Source: Burkholderiaceae bacterium (lineage in GTDB: Bacteria; Pseudomonadota; Gammaproteobacteria; Burkholderiales; Burkholderiaceae_F). Taken from it: a DNA stretch of 60,826 nt. Location: contig JANWXE010000081.1 in NCBI GenBank assembly GCA_025055385.1, positions 1 through 60,826 on the forward strand, given 5' to 3'. The position numbers and the translations under genes are program-made. This document shows, one piece after another, positions 32,382 to 38,811 of this stretch (position 1 is its first letter; every line of letters begins with the position of its first letter). Below the pieces are notes generated by a model. The model did not search any database. It saw nothing but the letters and a program-made list of their open reading frames with translations, and had not been told where the DNA came from.

Positions 32382-32969
32382 TCAGCACGCTCCGAAACGA
32401 CTTGAGGTCCGCACACGCCCGCTTGCCGCGACGCACAGACTACGGCCGTGGGCACTTGCCGCAGCGGCAACATCAAAGCGAATTGGCTCGCCGCCGCCGA
32501 GCGTTGTAAGGGGATCACCGTTTAGCAGCCAAAGCGTGCCGTCGGCAGTCACGGCAAACCCAGCCAGCGCCGGATTGGCCTGGATGGTGATGCGCGACGA
32601 CGCCGGCACGTGGGCACGAATCACGGCTTCTGCAGCCTCTGCCGGATCGCGCTGGAACGCCGTCCCGGCAACCGCATGGTCGGCAAAAACAATCCAGCCG
32701 CTGCCCCAGTCGGTACCGTCACCGGCACAGATTGCATCGGCAGCGGCGGGCTGAGCGCTGCGGCACAGAACCACACGGCCGCGGCGCGTCACCGCTTCGC
32801 TGCGCGCTAAGGCCAGGTCGCTTAAAAGTTGGTTGACTTCGGCTGTGACGCGGCTACGGTCTAGGAAGGCCGAAAAACTAGGCACGCCAACGGCAAGGAG
32901 GATCGCGGCGATCGCGACCACCACCACTGCCTCAATTAGTGTGAAACCCGGCCCCCCGCGCACGTCCAC
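32382..32969 (-). CDS. fimU: GspH/FimT-family minor pilin, FimU-like (cluster 2)
   Basis: GPG|FTLIEAVVVVAIAAILLAVGVPSF. GspH-type body (WGSGWIVFADHAV...). GTG start at 32969. Confidence 0.75.
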   Translation of the reverse strand: MDVRGGPGFTLIEAVVVVAIAAILLAVGVPSFSAFLDRSRVTAEVNQLLSDLALARSEAVTRRGRVVLCRSAQPAAADAICAGDGTDWGSGWIVFADHAVAGTAFQRDPAEAAEAVIRAHVPASSRITIQANPALAGFAVTADGTLWLLNGDPLTTLGGGEPIRFDVAAAASAHGRSLCVAASGRVRTSSRFGAC

Positions 32970-33200
32970 CCCTTTGAGGCTGAGGGCTTAATTATCGGCA
33001 GCAGCTGGCTAGTGGATTCCCTGGCAAGACTTTCGGTCGTTTTAGCCCGATGAATGGAGCGCTCCGCTGAGGCACCTTCTGGGGAGGCACGGAAGCCGAT
33101 TGTGAGTAGCCCCATAAGCTTGGTAGGTCGCCAACAGCGTCATGCCGCGGGTGCCACCTAAACTCAACGGGGGTGCGATCGCGCTGCGCCGGGATGTGAA

Positions 33201-33725
33201 ATGCGACGCCTCGTGTCGCTTCCGCAAGGAGGTTACTCGTTGATCGAGACGCTGCTCGCCGTGGCAGTTGCGGGCGCCCTTGCCGCCGCCGCCGTGCCGA
33301 TCTCTAGGCAACTGTCGGATCAGTGGCGACTGACGGCCTTCACTAACGAGCTGGTGCTGGCTTTGCTGCAGGCGCGCAGTGAGGCGATGCTGCGCAAGAC
33401 ACGTGTCGTCGTTGCGGCAGCGTCGCCGGGCGACTGGGCGCGCGGCTGGCGGGTTTTTATTGATCAAAACGCGAACGGCAGCGCTGACGACGGGGAGGTC
33501 GTCTTGCGCGAATTCGGGCCGGCGCCGCTGCGACTTACCATGCAAGCGCATTTTGGGATCTACGATGGACGGGCGCTTGCCTTCGATGATGCCGGGCTGC
33601 CGCGTCGCGCTGGCTCAAACGCGCTATTGCTGGGGCGCATCGTCTTGCGACTAGGCGATGGCGTCCGTGCTGTTTGCTTCTCTGCCGCCGGCTTTCGCAC
33701 AACGCGCGCAGCACACTGCGACTGA
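33201..33725 (+). CDS. fimT: GspH/FimT-family pseudopilin (FimT-like), divergent from cluster 2
   Basis: QGG|YSLIETLLAVAVAGALAAAAVP. GspH-type body (WARGWRVFIDQNANGSADDGEVVLREF). ATG at 33201. Confidence 0.75.
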   Translation: MRRLVSLPQGGYSLIETLLAVAVAGALAAAAVPISRQLSDQWRLTAFTNELVLALLQARSEAMLRKTRVVVAAASPGDWARGWRVFIDQNANGSADDGEVVLREFGPAPLRLTMQAHFGIYDGRALAFDDAGLPRRAGSNALLLGRIVLRLGDGVRAVCFSAAGFRTTRAAHCD

Positions 33726-33749
33726 CGGCTGGCCGGTGCGACGTGGGAT

Positions 33750-33825
33750 TGGCGCGCCTGACAGGAGTCGAACCTGCGACCTACGGCTTCGGAGGCCGTC
33801 ACTCTATCCACTGAGCTACAGGCGC
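33750..33825 (-). tRNA. tRNA-Arg (anticodon CCG), CCA encoded
   Basis: The reverse complement GCGCCTGTAGCTCAGTGGATAGAGTGACGGCCTCCGAAGCCGTAGGTCGCAGGTTCGACTCCTGTCAGGCGCGCCA folds by hand into a 76-nt cloverleaf. It has a 7-bp acceptor stem, GCTC/GAGT D stem, ACGGC/GCCGT anticodon stem, loop CT-CCG-AA, and a TTCGACT T loop. Confidence 0.95.
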
Positions 33826-33936
33826 GCGCCAGTGCAAAGGATACTCCGCCAGCCCAGTTTGCGTGGCGCCTCCCCAGGCTTGGCAGCCGTACACCTATAA
33901 TGCGACGTCTTTACCGCCCGGTTGCAAAGCCCACTA

Positions 33937-34443
33937 ATGTCTGAGCCGCAAGCCCCGATTAAAACGCCGCGTCAGTTGATCACGGCCGTTATTTTGGCTT
34001 TCCTCGTGCCCGTTGTCGTCATCGCGCTGCTTGTGAATTTCGTGGCCAGCTCTCCGCTGAAGTCGCCTGGCAGCACCGCGATGACGCCTGAGGCGATTGC
34101 CGAGCGGTTGCGTCCGATCGGAACCGTCGCGCTGGCCGAGGGCGGCGGCAGCCGCGCGTTGCTAGCTGGCGACGCCGTCTATAAGCTGGCTTGCGGCGCC
34201 TGCCATGACAGTGGGGCCGCCGGTGCACCGAAGGTTGGTGACATCGCGGCCTGGGCGAGCCGTCTGAAACAGGGCTACGACACATTGGTCAAGCATGCCG
34301 TGGAAGGCTTCAGAGGCATGCCACCGAAAGGCGGAAATGCCGATCTTGATCCGCTTGAAGTTGCCCGAGCCGTCGTCTTCATGGCCAACCGCTCTGGTGC
34401 AAGTTTCAAGGAGCCGCCGGCTCCTGCTGCGAAGAATGAGTAA
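33937..34443 (+). CDS. membrane-anchored c-type cytochrome (cytochrome c5 family)
   Basis: N-terminal TM anchor (LITAVILAFLVPVVVIALLV). Single heme motif CGACH followed by ...GAPKVGD..W..R...GYDTLVKHAVEGFRGMPPKGG, typical of cytochrome c5. ATG at 33937 is preferred over the TTG at 33922. Confidence 0.8.
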   Translation: MSEPQAPIKTPRQLITAVILAFLVPVVVIALLVNFVASSPLKSPGSTAMTPEAIAERLRPIGTVALAEGGGSRALLAGDAVYKLACGACHDSGAAGAPKVGDIAAWASRLKQGYDTLVKHAVEGFRGMPPKGGNADLDPLEVARAVVFMANRSGASFKEPPAPAAKNE

Positions 34444-34979
34444 GTCAGGGCGGCGGCCCGTTTCTTCCCTCGGGGGATAGCGTTTCTGGATAGCGTTTCG
34501 TTGCGAGGCTATCTCGGAGGACGCCACGCTGTGCCGTGATCGCGGCATCACGTGCTGGCGCGGTGCGGTCGATCTTCAGGCTGGTCGCTCGCTGCACGGC
34601 CCCAGCCCTCTGCGCCGCGCTGAGTCGAAGTTGCGCAGCCGATCGAACCGCTTCCGCCACCGGCACAGCTGCGCAGCGTTGCCGTTCATTGCTGCCTTTC
34701 AGAGCTCAGTTAGGGCATCGCGGCGGCAGTGCCACCGCGTCGCATCAGGATGGCGCCGGCCAACGCGGCCGCCTTAGCGTGTTCGTGACACGGCTACGCT
34801 GCCAGTAAGACTGTGCACGCCGACGGGAAAACGGGTTGCTGGCAACAGCAGATGGCCACCGACACGCAATCAGGCATTGTGCCCGGCAAGCGTACGCTCG
34901 TTGGGTGGTGCGTCCGGCCTTGGCAGACGCAGCACAGCCGGAGCTCACTGCGACACCACCCCAACGTGGCCCGCGCCCT

Positions 34980-37004
34980 TCAGATGCGCATGGGGTCAAC
35001 TTCTAAGTGCCACCGAATCCCGCCTCCTGCCGTCTGCCGGAGGGCAGCACGCCATCGGCTCAGCCAATCCTGCAACGCGCGGCGGCTCGAGCTTTCCGTC
35101 AGCAGCTGGGCGCGATGGACGCCGGCAAGTTTCGACAGCGGCATCGGCACCGGATCGTAAATCGCAACCTGGTCGCTGCCCGGCAGCTGGTGCCCAACGG
35201 TCCGTGCGTACGAAAGAAACTCAAGCGCCCTTGCCATTGTTGTGCCTTGCGCGGTAAGTAAAGCCTGGGCAACAAAAGGCGGCATACCGGCCGCGCGCCG
35301 CTCCGCCAGTTGCTGGGTAGCGAATCCGGTGTAGTCCGCTGCTGCCAGCGCTGCGTAAAGCGGGTGATCCGGGAACCGCGTCTGCACGAGCACGCGGCTT
35401 GGCTGCCCAGCGCGTCCGGCGCGCCCGGCCACCTGCATCAAGGTAGCGAAGAGCCGCTCCGGCGCGCGAAAGTCATGCGCGACCAGTTGCGCATCAGCGT
35501 TTAGGACGGCTACGAGTGTGACGCGCCGGAAATCATGGCCTTTGGCAATCATTTGTGTGCCGACCAACACGTCCACATGACCCGCGTGGACAGCCGCTAA
35601 ACGCGCGTTTGCCTCGCCGCGACGCCTTGTCGTGTCGCTGTCGATGCGCTCGATGCGCGCGCCTGGCAGCAGCTCTTCCAAGGCCTCTTCTATGCGCTGT
35701 GTGCCGTGACCGACGGCGGCCAGGGCTGGATTGCCGCAGGTTGGGCACCGCGGTGGTGCAGGTACGCTCCACCCACAATGATGGCAGTGCAGGTGGCCGT
35801 CCGTTTTGTGAAACGCCGCAAAAGCGGCGCAGCGGGCGCAAACCGATAGCCAGCCGCATGCATCGCACGCGACCACCGGCGCATATCCGCGGCGGTTGAT
35901 AAACACCAACGCCTGCTCACCGGCTGCAACCGTTTGCTGCAACGCCGTGCGCACGCTTGGGGCTAGACCCTTGAGGGGTTTCTCGGCGCGCAGGTCGATG
36001 CACTGTAGGCGTGGCTCGGGGCGTGCCGCGGCTGGCCCCGCCCGTTGTGTGACGCGCAGCAGCCGGTAGCGGCCATCTTGCGCTTTTCGCCAGGACTCTA
36101 AGGACGGTGTCGCGGAGCCCAGCACGACTGGGCAGCTACGCAGGCGCGCGCGCATAACTGCCAGATCGCGCGCCGAATACCGCACGCCCTCGGTCGCTTT
36201 GAACGATGGATCGTGCTCTTCGTCGACGATGATCAGGGCCAGACGCGGCAGCGACGCAAAGACCGCGCTTCGCGTACCGAGCAGAATGGTTGCATGCCCC
36301 TGGTGTGCCATCCGCCAGGCCTGCGTGCGTTCAGTTGCACTCAGCCCGCTGTGCAACGCAACCACGGGGGCCCCCGGGAAGCGTTCTCGTAAGCGCTGTT
36401 GCGTTTGCGGTGTCAGGTTGATCTCTGGCACGAGCAGCAGGATCTGCGCATCGGGCTGGCGACGCAGGCATTCGGCGATTGCCTGCAGGTAAATTTCAGT
36501 CTTACCGCTGCCAGTGACCCCAAATAACAGGAACGGCACGAAGCCGCGGGCGTTCGTGATGGCCTCCACGGCCTGCCGTTGCTCGCTGTTCAGTGTTGGC
36601 AGTTCGCTTGCCGCCGCGCAAGGAGGCGATGAAGCCGTCCTGGCGCTTGGCGGCTCAAGAAGCGGGCTTCTTGCTCGGGCGTGAGGCACTCGGCGAAGCA
36701 GTGGCGGCAGTGCGCCAACTGCCACCTCACCCCATCCATGTTGATAGTAGTTCGCGGCAAAACGCGTCAACGCAAGCCAATCGTCACCAAGCGGTGCGAC
36801 CGGAAGCACAGCGGACACCGAGCGGATGCGCTCGCGCGCAACCGGAGCATCCGCGCTGAAGCCCACCACAATGCCTACGGTCTTGCGCCGCCCCACCGGC
36901 ACAATCACAATGCGTCCGAGCGCGATGGTGTCGTGTCCAGACCACAAGTAGGTTAGCGACTCGATGCCCGGTACATCGACCACGATTTCCACAAAGGCGC
37001 CCAT
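34980..37004 (-). CDS. priA: primosomal replication-restart helicase PriA
   Basis: Walker A LLFGVTGSGKTEIY and Walker B/DEAH-like IIVDEEHD. Zinc-binding Cys cluster (CDACGW...CARC...CHHCGW...CPTCG). About 674 aa. Confidence 0.9.
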   Translation of the reverse strand: MGAFVEIVVDVPGIESLTYLWSGHDTIALGRIVIVPVGRRKTVGIVVGFSADAPVARERIRSVSAVLPVAPLGDDWLALTRFAANYYQHGWGEVAVGALPPLLRRVPHARARSPLLEPPSARTASSPPCAAASELPTLNSEQRQAVEAITNARGFVPFLLFGVTGSGKTEIYLQAIAECLRRQPDAQILLLVPEINLTPQTQQRLRERFPGAPVVALHSGLSATERTQAWRMAHQGHATILLGTRSAVFASLPRLALIIVDEEHDPSFKATEGVRYSARDLAVMRARLRSCPVVLGSATPSLESWRKAQDGRYRLLRVTQRAGPAAARPEPRLQCIDLRAEKPLKGLAPSVRTALQQTVAAGEQALVFINRRGYAPVVACDACGWLSVCARCAAFAAFHKTDGHLHCHHCGWSVPAPPRCPTCGNPALAAVGHGTQRIEEALEELLPGARIERIDSDTTRRRGEANARLAAVHAGHVDVLVGTQMIAKGHDFRRVTLVAVLNADAQLVAHDFRAPERLFATLMQVAGRAGRAGQPSRVLVQTRFPDHPLYAALAAADYTGFATQQLAERRAAGMPPFVAQALLTAQGTTMARALEFLSYARTVGHQLPGSDQVAIYDPVPMPLSKLAGVHRAQLLTESSSRRALQDWLSRWRAALRQTAGGGIRWHLEVDPMRI

Positions 37005-37073
37005 CGCTGCACTGACACTTCAGGAAATTCAATTAAAGCTCTGATTTTTGGACTGGATTTCTGGCAAGGCAGC

Positions 37074-37094
37074 TGTGGATAACTTTGTGGAGAA
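37074..37094 (+). promoter_or_regulatory. pair of same-orientation DnaA-box-like 9-mers upstream of priA
   Basis: TGTGGATAA (37074-37082) is the exact reverse complement of the TTATCCACA consensus. TGTGGAGAA (37086-37094) matches 8/9. Both lie in an AT-rich island 70-90 bp upstream of the priA ATG. Confidence 0.45.
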
Positions 37095-37240
37095 ATCAGT
37101 GGCGCGTGGTTGTGAAGTGCTTAGCCAGCTGAGTAGGCCGGTTGATCGACGGCGAACGATTAGAAAAAAGGCACGAGAGATCAAATACTTATATGCAAAA
37201 GTCCGCGTGATCACGCATCGAAGTGGCCAACAGGCGCACA

Positions 37241-37263
37241 AAATCTCGCGGGACGCGATTTTG
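37241..37263 (-). terminator. possible intrinsic terminator downstream of hemE
   Basis: The minus strand reads AAAATCGCGTCCCGCGAGATTTTGTG. This is a 5-bp GC stem TCGCG/CGCGA with a 3-nt loop, flanked by an A-tract and a T-tract, starting about 10 nt after the hemE stop. The stem is short, so confidence is modest. Confidence 0.4.
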
Positions 37264-37271
37264 TGAATAAG

Positions 37272-38399
37272 TCAAGAGGCGAGCGCGCGCAGCTGCCTGC
37301 TATAGGAATGCACAGCGTGTACGAGCACGGAAATTGCCTCAGGCGGCGTAAACGGGGAAAGGCCATGGCCGAGGTTAAAGACGTGGCCGTCCCAGCCGCC
37401 ATCCGGCCGCTGTGGCGGTCCAAAGTCATCAAGCAAGCGGCGTACCTCAGCGCATATCGCAACTTCGCCGCCAAAAAGCGCCATCGGGTCCATGTTTCCC
37501 TGCAAGGCGCAGCGGCGGCCGACGCGCGCACGCGCTTTCGCAAGGCTGACGGTCCAATCGAGTCCAAGCGCGTCGCTGCCGAGATCCGCTAGCTCCTCAA
37601 GCCACAGGCCGCCTCCCTTAGCAAAGACGATAGACGGAATGCGTTCGCCGTCGCGTGTCCGCAACAACCGGTCTATGACTTGCCGTAGATAAGCCAACGA
37701 AAAACGTTGAAAGGCTCCATCGGCAAGCACACCACCCCAGGTGTCGAAGATCATTACCGCATCAACACCTGCCGCGATTTGCGCGTTTAGGTAATCGGCC
37801 ACCGCTTCGGCGTTGACTTGAAGAATACGGTGTAGCAGGTCGGGGCGTGCATACAGCATCGTTTTAACCGTGCGGAAGTCGTCTGTGCTGCCCCCTTCGA
37901 CCATATAGCAGGCCAGCGTGAATGGACTACCGGCAAATCCGATCAACGGCAGCCGGCCGTCCAGCGCCCGCCGGATTTGGCGCACTGCATCCAGCACATA
38001 AGTAAGCGACAGCTCCGGGTCGGGTGCGGCCAACTTTGCTACGTCTGCCTCCGAGCGCACTGGGCGTTCAAAGCGAGGCCCTTCACCGTCAGAAAAGAAA
38101 AGGCCTAGGCCCATCGCATCTGGGACGGTTAGGATGTCCGAAAAGAGGATGGCGGCGTCAAGTGGATACCGCTCAATGGGCTGCAGCGTCACCTCAGTGG
38201 CGAAATCCGGCGATTTGGCTAACGCTAGAAAGCTGCCGGCACGGCTGCGCGTGGCGTTGTACTCCGGCAGATAGCGCCCGGCTTGGCGCATCAGCCAGAT
38301 TGGGGTGTATGGCGTGGGCTGGCGCAGCAGTGCGCGCAGCAGGGTGTCGTTGCGGGGTCGCACAGCAGCAGCGTATGGCAAAGGTGTGCATTGTCGCAT
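37272..38399 (-). CDS. hemE: uroporphyrinogen decarboxylase
   Basis: [31 protein letters not shown] is the canonical HemE N-terminus. The start is uncertain (ATG 38399 or GTG 38363). The track start at 38456 would run through the upstream terminator hairpin. Confidence 0.9.
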   Translation of the reverse strand: MRQCTPLPYAAAVRPRNDTLLRALLRQPTPYTPIWLMRQAGRYLPEYNATRSRAGSFLALAKSPDFATEVTLQPIERYPLDAAILFSDILTVPDAMGLGLFFSDGEGPRFERPVRSEADVAKLAAPDPELSLTYVLDAVRQIRRALDGRLPLIGFAGSPFTLACYMVEGGSTDDFRTVKTMLYARPDLLHRILQVNAEAVADYLNAQIAAGVDAVMIFDTWGGVLADGAFQRFSLAYLRQVIDRLLRTRDGERIPSIVFAKGGGLWLEELADLGSDALGLDWTVSLAKARARVGRRCALQGNMDPMALFGGEVAICAEVRRLLDDFGPPQRPDGGWDGHVFNLGHGLSPFTPPEAISVLVHAVHSYSRQLRALAS

Positions 38400-38420
38400 G
38401 CAGCGCGTTGTGAGCCCGGA

Positions 38421-38449
38421 CAAAGAAAAAGGGCAGGCGCCGCCTGCCC
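38421..38449 (-). terminator. intrinsic (Rho-independent) terminator after the small Lys-rich protein gene
   Basis: Minus strand: GGGCAGGCG-G-CGCCTGCCC, a perfect 9-nt inverted repeat at 38431-38449, followed directly by TTTTTCTTTG. It lies 22 nt downstream of the stop at 38472. Confidence 0.65.
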
Positions 38450-38471
38450 TTTGCAAAAAGCGAAAGCGAAA

Positions 38472-38639
38472 TTACTTCTTGGCTTCCTCTTTTTTCTCGT
38501 CTTTCTTAGCGTCTTTCTTAGCCTCGGCCGCCGGCTTGGCGTCTTTCTTAGCGTCTTTCTTTTCGTCCTTCTTGTCCTGTGCGACGGCAACGCCGGCCGC
38601 AAACAGGGCAGCGATCATGGCAGCAAGCAGTTTCTTCAT
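38472..38639 (-). CDS. small secreted Lys/Asp/Glu-rich repeat protein (55 aa), absent from the ORF track
   Basis: Hand translation gives MKKLLAAMIAALFAAGVAVAQDKKDEKKDAKKDAKPAAEAKKDAKKDEKKEEAKK*. It has a clear Sec signal peptide (AVA-QD), then KKDAKKD repeats. The ATG is preceded by GGGAAAG and the gene is followed by a strong terminator. Track ORFs here are other frames or the other strand of the same repeat. Confidence 0.6.
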   Translation of the reverse strand: MKKLLAAMIAALFAAGVAVAQDKKDEKKDAKKDAKPAAEAKKDAKKDEKKEEAKK

Positions 38640-38811
38640 TTGGCTTTCCCGAAAAAACGGTTGAGTTACGAAAACCGGCCTGTACGCCGAAGGCCGGCGC
38701 CAGACCTAGCCGCATAACGCGCGGCCGGCGCAAAGGTTGACACAAACCGGGCGGAGTGTGTAAGCAGCGGACAGACGTTGCGGCGCGCAATGACGCATTT
38801 TTGCGACGCCG

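Noticed and set aside
33020-33034. Sigma-54-like TGGCAAGACTTTCGG in the spacer between the divergent fimU-like and fimT-like genes.
   Set aside because: The -24 TGGCA is present, but the -12 element reads TCGG instead of TTGC, so the conserved GC dinucleotide is missing. No enhancer-binding protein gene is nearby.
26193-33825. Pilin cluster 2 plus the orphan fimT as a tRNA-Arg-integrated genomic island.
   Set aside because: There is no integrase, recombinase, transposase or phage gene. I could not find a direct repeat of the tRNA 3' end, and I saw no obvious compositional break. Adjacency to the tRNA alone is insufficient evidence.
34576-34689. 37-aa minus-strand ORF MNGNAAQLCRWRKRFDRL..., reminiscent of a transposase HTH remnant.
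   Set aside because: It is too short, bounded by an in-frame stop just upstream, and has no flanking inverted repeats or further transposase-like sequence. The resemblance rests on a few residues only.
37029-37266. Two small ORFs in the hemE-priA spacer (37048..37266 plus strand, 72 aa, TTG start; 37029..37241 minus strand, 70 aa).
   Set aside because: They overlap each other on opposite strands. Neither has a Shine-Dalgarno sequence or recognisable motifs, and their composition is atypical. The region is better explained as promoter, terminator and DnaA-box DNA.
37005-37271. The hemE-priA AT-rich island as the chromosomal origin (oriC).
   Set aside because: There are only two convincing DnaA boxes, and the third overlaps the hemE stop and terminator. 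Gene orientation does not switch here: hemE and priA, and nearly everything from about 6.8 to 56 kb, are on the minus strand. dnaA/dnaN are absent, and I saw no obvious repeated AT-rich 13-mer unwinding element. It is kept only as a DnaA-box/regulatory candidate.
38283-38717. Track ORFs 38291..38602 (minus), 38305..38664 (plus) and 38283..38717 (plus) across the Lys-codon repeat.
   Set aside because: They are alternative frames or the opposite strand of the AAG/AAA/GAC repeat and give RKT- or FLS-type low-complexity strings. Only the 55-aa frame has a signal peptide, a start context and a downstream terminator.
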